A DNA stretch of 64,000 nucleotides, taken from contig CM119267.1 in the NCBI GenBank assembly GCA_051294375.1, forward strand, positions 16,410,169 to 16,474,168. The letters are read 5' to 3'. Numbering within the stretch: position 1 is the stretch's first letter; every line of letters starts with the position of its first letter. Of this stretch, positions 14,125 through 26,419 are shown one piece after another. This DNA comes from Paraspadella gotoi (Eukaryota > Animalia > Chaetognatha). The notes under the pieces were generated by a model. That model was not told the DNA's origin and searched no databases. It worked only from the letters and a program-made list of their open reading frames with translations. A program made the position numbers and the translations under genes.

Positions 14125-14378
14125 TCGTTCCGTTTCTCCGTTCGTTCCGTTTCGTTCCTTTCGTCCGTTTCGTTCCGTTTCGTCCGTTTTCGTTTCCAGT
14201 TTCGTTCCGTTTCGTTCCGTGTCGTTCCGTTTCGTTCCGTTTCGTCCGTGTCGTTCCGTTTCGTTCCGTTTCGTTCCGTTTCGTCCGTTTCGTTTCCGTT
14301 CGTTCCGTTCGTTCCGTTTCGTTCCGTTTCGTTCCGTTGTCGTTCCTTTCGTTCCGTTTCATTCCGTTTCGTTCCGTT
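14125..14378 (+). repeat. (CGTTC/CGTTT)n pentamer-based 10-bp tandem array
   Basis: Directly visible cgttccgttt repeats. The array accounts for the FRSVPF / NETERN ORFs in the track. Confidence 0.95.
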
Positions 14379-15703
14379 TAAAATACGTAAACCATTTGCA
14401 AAAAGCGGTTTTAATCTGGCCCGGATCGCGCATGCATCAAATCCTTTTTCCCCCTCTTTTTCCTCCCTAATCGAAGTCCTCATTAGATAACCTCTATAAC
14501 CAGTTTTAAATAACGGCCCGACATGGCTTAAAAATAAGGCTTTACCGTGCCGCATATAACGACTTCATTCGTAATTTGCATGAAAGCTTATATAAATAGA
14601 CTAAATTTTAGCCCGTCCCTCTACCTGAAACAGATAGTTTAAACAATACAGCTTTCTTTCGATGCTTTAGAACCAAAAAAATGAAGGCTTGACATGCAGT
14701 TTTCACCTAAAAACCAGGTCATGGGAATTGCTTTATCAAGCATTAAGATGGCAAGAATTTAAACTTTCTTTTTTTATCGTGCTAGAGAAAACAAAAGCTA
14801 TCCGAAACCTACTGATATGTATGAGTTTGTTCTATTGACAAAAGATCAAGCAGGCTTTTGGGAAAAGGGAAAAAACGCCGACCAGTCAATTTAAATTACC
14901 ATTTTTGGGCATGATAAAATGCGAAATTTCGACGGCGCTCTACCTCCGTGCCTTTCCAAGACGCCCAAGCTTTCAGAATCTCTGCCCATATTGAATAATT
15001 TTTTTGCGGCCGTGACTATGCCAGCTTTTTGAATAGAAGTTAAATATAAAAGAATCTTGATCGGAAAACTTCGATTCGAACGGGATAGGCGCTCAGGCCC
15101 TAATATGAAAAAAGCGCTGACTTCTTTCGAAAATTTTTTCCTACCCTATCTACAAAATAATATATTTATCGGCTACAATAAAAAATTTTCAATCTATTAC
15201 TTCACCTATTCGCTCATTTCCTTGTTGGTCCAGTTGGGCCAATATGTGACGAGTGGGATTAACGTGAACTTCTTACTTCTAAGTTCTTGGTGTATGGATA
15301 CCAACTTGCGCTCGAATTATCGGAATGTGCTGTATTATAAGGTACGATGCACCTAGGCGCCAATCGAAGAAATTACCTTCCTTTAATAAAGGCTGGTATC
15401 TTTATAATTTTAGGATTTTCTGAAGGCGGCGCTACCCCGTGAGCCAAATCGATGATACGAAAGAAAAAATTAATTATACAGTAAACTCAGGATAGCCAAT
15501 AAGAAAAAAGTCATATCACCAATTGGAGAGAAGGAAAAATCAATTTAGTTTATTTTAAAAGATTGCAGAAACAATTGCTCATGAAAAACACTTAAAAAAC
15601 ATTCTCAAAAAGCTTCAAAGACGCAGTACAAAAAACTCGCATCGCTAGAAAAATTCTTCTTAATTGAGCAAAAAACCTTGCTCCAAAAGCAGCTCTAATG
15701 CTA

Positions 15704-15866
15704 TCATGTCGCTCCTCTCCACACTAGTTCTCTTTTGTATCAGATGTCGTGTGGTCCACAAGAAAGACAAAAGAAAAAACGGAAAAGCAGGCTCCTTCCT
15801 GCATCTTCCTCCTCCCCTCTTCCTCCTCTCAGATACTAGCTCAGCGAAGCAAACGCACGAAATAAC
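15704..15866. repeat. 3' (right) inverted terminal repeat of the DIRS element
   Basis: Reverse complement of 21519-21681, e.g. cctcctctcagatactagctcagcgaa vs ttcgctgagctagtatctgagaggagg. Confidence 0.9.
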
Positions 15867-16842
15867 GACTTTTTTGTCACGACTTGCGTTCAACAGATGG
15901 TTCTTGAACAACGAAATATTTTGAAAATATCTGGATTATTGTATTTGAAATTTATTGCAAGTTTTTTATGAAATTATTTGTGTAAAAATTGCATATTACT
16001 GGAAATCATTTTCCCTTCGCGTAGGGAGATTGTTTCAAATTCAGTGAAAGAAAGAATTCTACGAGTCGCGTTATCGATTTTATTGTCAAGAGTCAGAGTG
16101 TCTCGCGGCAAAACCGAAATTGAGCCCGCGTAAAGCGGTCAAAAGCGAGCGAGCGGGCCCGGGAGAATGGTCTTGACTACGGAGCGCCCGACTTTTAGGG
16201 CCTGTCTACGGACCTCACCGTCCACCTCCCGTAACGGCCCGTCGTGCACCGGAGATATTGCGTTCACTGTTCCCCGGCTGAACGAGAGAAACATCGCTAG
16301 GGCGCCGCGAGTCCCGCGAACGTTCCGCCGCTAGACGTAAGTCCTCTGGTGGGGATCTCGAGTTCTTGAGACCGAAAACGGTGTGACGTTCCGCTACATA
16401 TGCCCTCTAGGGCCGGGAAGCCTGCACGACTGAGAAATAACATCGGGTCTGGTTTATTTCTGTTGGTCTCCTTCTCTGCAAGGAGTGCGTGACGAGTGAC
16501 GTGTGCATCTCGTCTATAAAGACTCGGCTCGTAGCGGAGAAACAATCAAGTTGCATGCCAGTACAGCGGTAAAAATTCGCCCTTTCTCAGCTGCAGTGGG
16601 AGGCGAGTGTTCAACGTTCCCATGCGAGGCGGATATGGCTTCGTTAGGCAAAAACCAGGAAGAGTTGATTTCGGAGTTTTTGAAATTTGTTGATTGCCCT
16701 TTGGCAGACATTATAAGAGAGAAAATTATATTTACCTCGAAATTATTTTCGACATCCAGCGCCAATCGACCCTGCCTAAAAACAATTTTGTGTTTCTATT
16801 ATTCCCGCGGCTCTTGTTTACTGCGAGCTAATCGAAATACAG

Positions 16843-16945
16843 TCTGGGTGGAGAGGGCTAGCGGAACCCGATTGATCACCTGGAATTATATATATCTGGT
16901 TCCAATGGATACCGCGAAATTCTTCATGGCTCCTCTCCAGTTACC
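16843..16945. other. DIRS internal complementary region (ICR)
   Basis: tggttccaatggataccgcgaaattcttcatggctcctctcc (16897-16938) matches the reverse complement of the outer element end 21667-21708. gggtggagagggc (~16846) resembles the reverse complement of the other ITR end. Confidence 0.7.
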
Positions 16946-17569
16946 ATCAAGTAGCGACGTCTCCTCGAGACCGTCCACCCCTGAACCGACCACCCGGTGG
17001 TGATGAGAGGCTGAGTACAACTGATCGGGAAGGTTTTTGTCTTTTTAATGGTTGCGCTTGTCTATATCAGTTTGTTTCTATTTCCCCTTTCATGGATACC
17101 AGATGTTTTTACCCATGAGCTCTAGGAATTTCTATCTTTCTCTCCCGCACTCAACCTTCTACTGCTCGCTGCTGCAATTCGTTTCCAGTGATCAAGTCCG
17201 CGCTTCTGCGCCCAGAGGCTTGTCATGCTAAACCCGGCTCTCCTAAGTCGGGAATATGGAGTTGTTCATCCAATCAACATGAATCATGAAGACAAATGTA
17301 TTGCCGCCCGCAACGATAACTTACAATGCGTTCAGAGCAAACTCATATCAACACAAGTCAATTTCTGATGCTCCAGTGGGATTTGAGACGTATTAATCAA
17401 CACAAAACGCATTAACTGCAATCAGTTCACCTTCGGAGTGGTTGAATGTTCAGGCAAATGCGAGATGAGCTGCGTATCTGTGGTTCTTTCGGGACGCCAC
17501 CAAAGTTGTGGTAAGCCGTCAATAAACGCAGATCCCTAATTGCCTCGAGTGGAATCTGCGAATGACCTT

Positions 17570-18850
17570 CTCCTGCTGATTTCCTGGGTACCTCCTCACC
17601 TGAAGAAGATACTTTGCTCCCCTGCACATATATTTATTGCCGAAAGTTACCAAGGATTCAGCAAAATTCGCTGTCTTCAATTTCGAAGCAGTCCGAATCG
17701 CTCGACGCTATGAGCGGATGACAGGGCCGCTAGCTCAATATCTGTCCTTCACACTGCAGAAAGTGGCCTATATTTATTAAAACTTGCCTCTCAAAGCTTT
17801 ACTGTCTGCCAGATCCCGAATTGAATTTTGGATAATGAGAAGCACATTTTCCCTCCGCCTCCACTTGTAAAGTGATGCAGCCAAATCAATAAGTACGCGC
17901 GTTTTCTTTAATTCAGCTTTGCGGCTGAATCTCGACGATTGGTAGGGCAGTCTGCTTCCGAAGGAGCTTAAAGCTACGCTGACGGATTCCCCTCCTCTCT
18001 GTGGATTTTTATTGTGGAATCGCATCGACGGAGTTTCTGCGCGCTATCCATTCCTCTCTTTTAACAAAAGCCAAAAACATTAATCGCCACAGAAAAAAAT
18101 ACAGTTCCAGAAACAACGAAGAGGTTCTTTGCCTAAGTCCAGGGTTCCTACAAGCCTTATCGCAAGTCCGCCGTCCTCTAGGCTTCGGGAAAGGGCGGAG
18201 GGCGGCGTCGAAGGATTCCAAGTGACTTCCTATGACGCCCCTCGGCCGTCGCCTCGTCCGGCCACTGGATACATCAAGACCATAGGCATCTGTCCCAGGA
18301 CTCGATTGCTCTTCTCCGCCCATCTTCCCCCGATGCTTCCCGACGGGGAGCACCCGCGCTTGCAAGCACTTCGTCCTTTTTGGGCGGATTTGGTCGACAG
18401 GATTCAATCCTATGTTCTAACAAAACGTGAAAGGATTCCTCATGATGCCCAGGAGCGAAACAGGATTCCTACCAGAATTGCCTCTCCCTTCGACGAGGAC
18501 CCCTCTTATCTTGGGTGACAAGGGACTCACCCTCATCGACGACGCAATAGCCGGCAGGCTTTGAAAAGGGTCCCGTGGAGACACCGTGCTAAAAGCCTTC
18601 TCCGGCCGTCCTCGGGTATTATTCCAAGATTTTTCTGGTTCCCAACACAAGCATGCGACGGGCTGGAGTGCCAAATTACATAATATTTGATACAAGCCTC
18701 CATAAAACAAGTCTCTTTCATATGTATCCCTCCTTTCTACTTCCGATGCAAGTTGTTCAAGATGTTCGGAAGATGGTCTCCGGTGGGATCTGGGCGCGTC
18801 GCTATTTCGGAAATCTTCCCCGCCGACCCTCTCTCAACAGCTTTGCCTCT
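17570..18850 (-). pseudogene. DIRS tyrosine recombinase (SAM-like N-terminus plus catalytic domain), frameshifted
   Basis: GFSE..RRPSS; EKS..T.G...AFSTV; ...NPF; VAL..F..R (CPVRAL-like); IRDL; AHSV(R)A followed by a W..S.F..Y-like segment. Confidence 0.65.
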
Positions 18851-18879
18851 TCATGTGGCATCATCGCAAGTTTTGTCGG

Positions 18880-21200
18880 GTTCATTTGAAGTGGCGCGCT
18901 TATCAGTACAAGTGTCCTTCCTTTCGGTTGGCAGCGGTCCTTGAAACTATTGTCCAAAACAAGATACCGACACGCCCGTTAGTCCGCCACGTGCTCCGGA
19001 AGAGCCGGTACTCAGCCGGCTGCACTTCTTTACTATCTATAGACGAATATTCTCATACTGGGACCTTCCCGCCAAGAAGGAGTGTCTGCGAATAAAACAC
19101 ACTCCTAAACGACACAGCCCAACTCGACTCTAGAAGGATGCCCGGGCTGTCATCAGTCATCCCAAGAAAAGTGTCAAGCCTTTGGTCCGACGCAACGCTT
19201 TTTCAGTTCTTGGGTCTCCAATGGGACGGGGCGCCTTCATCGAGTTTTGCTGCCCCCTGCGACCCATCAAGCATTTTGTCCCTTATCGCCGAGATGGCCG
19301 CCTTCCCTCCCTGATCCCCCTAAGACCCCCACAGCCAATCCATGCCCTTCAGTTGCTTCGGCGGCTGTGCGTTCTTCTGACCGCCAGCCTTCATTTAGCA
19401 GTTCCCGCTCATTCGTTGCAGAGCGGCAAGGATCAACCCGACGTCAATCGTGATCTACTCGCACGGAGAAGTGAGATCTTGGGGGAAGACAGTCTATCTT
19501 TCGGAGGCGCGAAAGAGGAGTTGCGTTGAGATGTTCAAAGCTCGATGGATCCAGCATGGGCTTTGCTCGATCGCCGATGTTCTCCTGCGATTCAGGCCAC
19601 AGCGGAATGACGACAGATAGAACCTCCAGGAAGGGTTGAAGTGCTTTCTCAACTAAATTTCCGCGGGCCCCTTCAAAGACCGGGGATTGCGGAAAGTTGT
19701 GATGCCCATCTCCATATAACTGTGAATGAATCATGGTCCTCTAAAAAAGTTCCGCGTTCCTTCGGTCGGCAAGATCCAGGGCTGCAATCTTTTGTGGAAG
19801 ACCGACAGCCTTAGTGTCTCCTGGTTTGTCTCCGCCGCTCTTGCAGCCGCTCAACAGGATCTTCACGAAGTTGTCAGGGATTCTCTCTCCTTCTTGCCTC
19901 AGCTTCGCATGCAAGATCACCAAAATTTGGACGCACATTTTCTCGGAAGCAGAAGTTTGATCGCCGGATGCAGCACACGCGAAGCAGCTGTCAGGATTGG
20001 CATCTCTTCTCCCCAAGTTTTTCGACGGATTTCAACGCTCTGGGTTGGCCTTCAGAAAAGCATCTATTGCCGAACGCCTGACTCTCGCGTCATCGTTCTC
20101 CTACTCTCTTGACGAGAAAGTATGAGGAGAGTATTCTCTCGGATCTGTAATAGCACCTCAGTCAAGTTTGGGATTGCGACCAGCCTACGAGATGTTTCCC
20201 CCTCTAATCCCCACTGGATCCCGAGGTGATCATCAAGTTGAGGAGGTCCACAGGGAAATATCTTCTGGCCACGCCCTCCATTGGCTCGATGCCAGAAGTG
20301 GTTTCGTGTTGTTGACTCTTCGGGTGTTGGATGGTTTTTTCAAGGAATCATATAACCCAATTTGGTTCTCGTCGATTTGTGTTTGACAAAGCATCGGCAT
20401 GCTCCCTCCAAGCGTCTCGCCCGCGGATCGCCTCAAGTCGGTTCCGAATTCTGGAGCGATTCCAAATCTCCCTACTAGAGCGCACGCCGCTCTCCAAGAC
20501 CTCAACAACTCAGCTTTTCTCTTCTCATCACCAACAGCCGATGCATTCTATACCAGTGCATCCCGTGTTCACACAGGCTGCCTCTTGGCCGATCCCTTGC
20601 CTGACGCCTTCCTTTTTCAGCGTAGGCCCTTCGAGGACATTTCAGCGCCGCTTCTTCGAGGACGTTCTTTCCAGTATCTCTCCTCATCTCACGCGAATCG
20701 ACGGCCTTGTCTTATCTCTAGCACAGTGAATTTGCACAGCATCGGCAAAATCTTCCCGCATCTTTGCTCTCCCTCATGTGGACTGCTCTCAGTGGCGTCT
20801 AACATCCTTTGTCTGCCGTTGCGAAGCGGTAGCTCTGCCAGAAACCGCCCTCCTTCGGCGCAGGATGTCCCGCCTGGCAGTGTCGCCGCAGTTTCTAAGT
20901 TTTTGATATTCGCCTCTATCCTATTCTCCGTTCATGTATGAGGAGTACAACTTTTCCTCCTTGCCATGCGCCTCTGCAAGCATATGGCCTCAGAGTACCT
21001 TCCACTTTCCTTGTTGGACCTGGCTCAACATGGTTTGGCTTGCTGTATCCATGCCTCGGTTCGTGCCTTCTCAAACTGTCCCAAGCACCTGACAGAATTA
21101 CTCGCTTCTTGCGTCCTGTGCTTTTCGTTTGGATAGACGCCATGGCTCAATGCCGTTGTCCAGTCTCAGTGCTTTGCTTTTAAGGCTCCGTGTCGTCAGA
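18880..21200 (-). pseudogene. DIRS pol: reverse transcriptase, RNase H and methyltransferase-like domain, frameshifted
   Basis: ORF fragments 20916-21143, 20502-20687, 20233-20508, 19741-20016 and 19444-19734 carry successive DIRS RT/RH-like motifs (RHGY; DTGKNVL; ALVGRFGIAPEF; QLYGDG; FLEVLSV; NATPLSRLRK..RSH). Confidence 0.7.
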
Positions 21201-21518
21201 TTGCGATCCCACAGCACGATTTTCTCTCTTTATCTTCTCCCATCTCCCATCTCTCCTTATCGGTCCCCATTTATCCTCCTAACTTTCATCGACTTCTTCT
21301 CTAAGTCGAATCTCTGTAGAGATGCGGACCCAATCAACGCGCCCCCTGGCTCGCACACGCGCTATGGCTGTATCGGAAGCTTTTGCCAAGGCGTGATTGT
21401 ACGTACATTGTCATACAAATCAGGGATTGGTCTTGGGTCTGACAACCTTCTTCCGTTTTTACTGTCGGGATCGGCGCTGGAGAGCTGCGTCTCTCAGACC
21501 TGGGTCTAATGTGGATGA

Positions 21519-21712
21519 GTGATTTCGTGGCGTTTGGTTCGCTGAGCTAGTATCTGAGAGGAGGAAAGAGGAGGAGGAGGAAGCAGAGAAGGACCTGCTT
21601 TTTTCCGTTTTTTCTTTGTCCTTTCTTGTGGACAACCACGACATCTGGAACAAAGAGCAACACTGGTGGAGAGGAGCCATGAAGAATTCCCGGTTCCATT
21701 TGGAACCATAAA
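21519..21712. repeat. 5' (left) inverted terminal repeat of the DIRS element, with terminal hairpin
   Basis: Inverted match to 15704-15866. The outer end carries the hairpin ggttcca-tt-tggaacc (21692-21707) and reads TTT-ATGGTTCC on the minus strand. Confidence 0.8.
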
Positions 21713-22949
21713 TTTTTTACCATTAGAATAATCAAATGCTATAACAACTTTTTGGTTTCTGCTTACAAACCTTTCTAGTTAAATCACAAAAAAAAAAAAA
21801 GATTTTAAAGGTTGGGAATCTCAGAATAGCTAAGAAAAATTAAGGTAAAAAATTTTATACAGCGGATGTTGTGATTCTCTGATCACTTATCACNNNNNNN
21901 NNNNNNNNNNNNNNNNNNGAGGGAATAAGAGGGTGTGTCCAGTTGGGCAATGGAGAGGGTGAGGGACTGAGGGAAAGAGCCAGCTGGAAAGGGGGGAAAG
22001 GGAATGGAGATAGAAATGGAGGTCAACAACGACGGGTAAGTGACATAGTAAGAGAATAAGAAATGTGAAGGGGAAAGAGGAAGTGAGAGGATATTGTTCG
22101 GTGAAGATTATGGATATGAGTCTTGACCGAATTTACTTGGTCTTGACCCGAGAAATGTTTTCTTTCTTCTCGAGGTCGTCGTCGTCGTAAAACAAAATGC
22201 CAAAAGTGTCATCTCGTCCTTGACCTGACCGTACCTGGAAATCGTTGGCATGTTATCAAGCATAATATATGAACATAAAGATAAATATTGAACGATATTA
22301 CATAATTCCTTTCATGAGAAACCAAACAACAGAAAAAAAGGAGATAACTCAACTATAGAGTTTTAGCGACGGTGATGACGACGACGACTTCGATATGAAA
22401 TCAGGGAAACCACAATTGAAACCCATTTCATGAAACATCCGTTAACAACGGCGACGACAGTGACGACGATGACGACGACGACCGTCCTCCCCACGGCAAA
22501 TTCCTTTAATCGCCCGTGGTTCTTACCCACCGCGGGAGACACTCCAGCCCCATCATATTCTCCATAAACACCACAGCAGCGAAGCCCCATTCCCTCTTCC
22601 GACCACAATCGGTCATGACAAGGAGACGATTTCAAAAATTCCAGCCGAACCAGTGAAGGCTGTCGATTATTTATGCAAATCCGAAGCCGGGAAAAAATGT
22701 TCGTTCGGTTTTCTCCGCGCGCTCTCAATCACGACACACCTTACGACACACACCACCGCTCGCTCTCTCTCCCCCAACTCATTCCCCCCCCCCCTCCCCC
22801 CTCTCCCTCCCCTTCCCTCCCCTTCGCCTCACATCTCTATTCCATTGCCTTCAACGTGACACACCCTCTTATCCTCCTCATCCCTCCCTCTCCATTCGAT
22901 GCTAATTTCGGATATACAACTCTCCTCCCACTTCTCACTCTTTTCCCCC

Positions 22950-23270
22950 TTCCCCCCTTCCTCGCTCCTTCCTCATCGACTACGAGAGGACAGCGCGGGG
23001 GCGAGATAGCTGGCGTTACCACTCCAATTGTCAGCCATGTTTCCAAGTTTGTTCTCCTCTTCCTCCTCCTGTTCTGCTTCTTCCTCGTCTCCTCTCTCTC
23101 TTACCCCTTCTCCACACACCCCACTGCCTTCTCCCTTCGTCTATTCCTTTCCATAAAGCGTACATGCGGATGCCTAGAGGACGGTTGCTTTCTGTGTCGG
23201 CGTCTCGGCGGCGTTCGGCGTGCGGCCTTAGCTGCGTCGCCGCTTTTTCCTTCGCCCTCGTTCGAGTCTC
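22950..23270. repeat. Second noisy inverted copy of ~10160-10460
   Basis: aggacagcgcgggggcgagatagctggcgtt...tgtcagccat..tttccaagtttg is the reverse complement of 10360-10430. It is also a direct noisy copy of ~26420-26850. Confidence 0.75.
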
Positions 23271-26200
23271 ATCGTCTCTCTTCCGTCTAACTATTTCTCC
23301 TTTCTTCTTCTCTTCGGTCTGCTGTCTCATCGTCAGTCTCTTTCTCTTTTCTCTATAGGTGAAGTCTCGTCGCGTTGATGTCGGGGACTCATCGGTGTGC
23401 AAACTACTCTCTCTCTCTCTCTCTCTCATGATTCCGCTCGCGTCATCTATCGGATGCATAGTGAAGCGTTGGCAGGAAACACGGAATTGGAATTGATTTA
23501 ATAGTAAATTTATCAATCATCTAGGAAAAAAAACAGAGAAAAAAATCCCGGACGTTTAATATAAATCCTGGGAGAATAAGAAAATAAGTCCATGTTGGTA
23601 GACTAGCTCATGTCATCTGCTCAATATTGTGTTAATGTTTAAGGTCAAAAAGAATTCGTCGTTGTATAGGACGGTATTTTACGCGGTTCAGGGTCGATTT
23701 GTTACAAATCATCTCTGCGCGTCCATAGAGGTTGTAGATATTGTTAAATATTATTCTGTCCACCGACTATATGTCCCATTACGGACAGTTTTCTAGTACT
23801 CTTTTTTTTTCCATTCTTATCTCTCTCATCTGTCAGCGGGGAATAGTCTGGGAGTGCGTTCTCTCGTAGGCCCTTATACTTTTTCCTCTCTCTCTCACTA
23901 CACCAACTCACATCTCTCTCTCTCTCTCTTTCAATATTTTCCTTATTCATCCAGATTACTGAATCAATTCCGGGGAACTGAGGATTTGTTTTTTCTTGTT
24001 TTCTTGTTTTTTGCAGAGTTCTCGACATACCAACATAGAGAGAGATATTCTAGGCGTGGATTAATATATTTTCTAATATATATAAATCTATTGAGAAATT
24101 ATAACCAAACCAGACTAAAAATAAATAACGAAATAATACAACAATTCTTATTTAATAAAATAACATAATAAAAACCAATTGAGGGCGATAAGAATTACAA
24201 AAAGAAGCGAGATATACTAATGAAGCTTCTACATGATGGATTTTTTATTTGTCCACCGCAGCTGCATATGTGTTTTAAAACCCCGTTCGGCGGGTTTTTT
24301 TTTCTCTCCCGTTTTTTTTTTTTTCTCGGACATGTAGATATCTTCTTTTTATTTATAACAGAAAAGCATATCTGAGAACGTATCCCATCGTTCGCTTCGC
24401 TTACTTTACTCCTGCCATTCTCGCGTGTTCAGGCATCTACTTCTTATCGTATTCATCCTCTTCTGATTTCATAGTCTTCAGTTGTTTATGCGGTATATAT
24501 GCAGTTATGTATTTATAGTTACTGCAGAGTTTATGGACTGTAGAGATTGAACCGAGAAGAGAGAGCAGATTTCGCACGTTTTATTTGTTCGTATTTGACA
24601 AGAGAGAGAGGATGACAGGAGATATAGATTGATCGGCACTTGGTCTTTTGTTTTTTACCTAAGTTTAATTAATTAAATGTTTTACTACCTTCGTGAGATT
24701 TGTTAGGTCAACAGAGTATTGAGTCGTAAGTGCTCACAGAAGAGAGGCGAGTCGTCTCTACGGGAAAAGGAGTCGAGTCCAATTCTCATGTGAGAGATGC
24801 GGAGATTATTCTGACATTTCTCTCTTTCTCTCTCTCAGTCGTCTCTTTCTCTTCTCGGATCATCTGGCCTCGAGTAGTATCTACAAAATCGACAGCTCCT
24901 CTTCACTGTTCGGTCGTCCTGGAATTTTTTGAGAATCGTCTCCTTCACTGCTCATTGCACCTCGATTGTCGTGCTCTCGTCTCATGAGGCGTACAATTCC
25001 TCGGGGCTTCGCTGCTGATGTGTCTTATTCGTGCAAATCTTCATCTTCGATGGGTCTCTCTCTCTCAAAAGGAAGCGGGGCCTGTCTCCTCGACGGTAAG
25101 AAAGCGTGAAAAGTGGTATTAGATGAGAGGAGAATTTCCTTTCTAGTCAGTGCGGACGAAATTTAAAGGACATTTGCTCTCCTGTTGAGCGAGGACAGCA
25201 TACGTCGTCCATCACTGTTTTCGGTTCTCAGTTTCCTCACTAAAGTTTAAAACTTTCACGTTGTCTGTTTTCGTCTGCGCCCACGTAAAAGATTAACCCT
25301 TTCAAGCGCGGGTACCATCTGCATTTCAGGAAAATCTTCGCGCACGGCTATTTCAAATTGTGAGTGCCTCTGCTCTCATCGCGTCAATCTCACTATACGC
25401 CCAAGTTTCTAACTGCGAGCTCGTCTGGTAAGTGTCAATACAGTGATCAGTCCGAGCAACTAATACCCAACACTAATGAGATTGTATGTATGAGCTTATA
25501 TAGTCCATCATCTTTTTAAACTCCTCTTCTCTCCTTTTTCATGCTTGTTTTAACTTTCTCCAATTTGAAAGCGTAATATATGTAAATCGCCGAATATTAT
25601 GGATATCAATATGTATTCTCTCTTCACTGTATCATTCAGTCTTCTAATTCATCTATATTCCAATTTGGCTCCTGTATTCATTCATGCTCACATCACTGCC
25701 TCACATTCTGGGTGCACTTTCCAGCCACGCGGATCAGCGATTCCTAAGCCCACCGAGATGAGCGACTTTCGGTGTGCCATCTTTGGTATTTTGTTTTAAA
25801 CCTACGAAGACCGAAAAAGCTCCTACGTTCTTCCTCTCGCGTACTTATGATGCAAAACATAATATCTCTGCTCTGCACGCAGGAGAATCAAGCAACACTC
25901 AAAGACTATCCCATCAATAATTCGGTTCACAGATTCTCATATCCATATCATCTTTTCCCACTCTCTTCTCCCCCCGACCCATTATACCTCATCCTCCCCT
26001 CTCATCGCTCTTCCCGTCCTCTCTCATCCTCCCTCTAGACATCTCTTCTCTTCTCATCTCTTCTCTCCCTCAAATAGTATCAAACTGGATAATAGGCTCG
26101 TGTGTCCGCCCATGTCACATCAGCTTCTAGATGTTTTTTTCTTTCGTCGCTTCTTTCTTGTTGACTCCTTTCTTTCTCTCTATTTCAATTACTCTCCATT

Positions 26201-26419
26201 CCCCTTTCACGACCCACTAATTCGCATTATACTAGCGCACTCTTGCCCTCCATGATATACCGCAGTTCCATTGCGATTCCATCTCAGTCCATCCATTGCG
26301 CCACTAGCGACACACAAGACCCTCATGGTAACAATTCCCCATAGTACATCTTCTTGAAAGCCTCACAAATACACAAAGTACGATACTTCACATTCCCTTC
26401 TCATAATCTCCCCCTTCCG

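Larger units (their letters stand above)
15704..21712 (-). mobile_element. DIRS1-like tyrosine-recombinase retrotransposon (frameshifted, gag largely missing)
   Basis: Inverted terminal repeats 15704-15866 / 21519-21681 and an internal complementary region at ~16843-16945. On the minus strand, in canonical DIRS order: RT motifs (W...RHGY, MET..VL, DA.W, AL.FG.IAP.F, HLGIQW), RNase H (H.N.LEV..V at 19621-19643; NAT.LS.LRK...RS at ~19475-19527), MT-like segment ending LP.RKD...HF, and YR (GFSE...RRPSS at 18768-18782; IRDL; AHSV(R)A at 17704-17715). Confidence 0.8.

Noticed and set aside
14021-14555. Several 90-170 aa ORFs
   Set aside because: They are translations of the (CGTTCCGTTT)n array.
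19060-19110. Minus-strand CVLFAD read as a LINE FADD motif, which would make 16-21.5 kb a non-LTR element
   Set aside because: The surrounding motif order (RNase H upstream, YR downstream), the ITRs and the ICR fit DIRS. This segment lies in the MT-like region.
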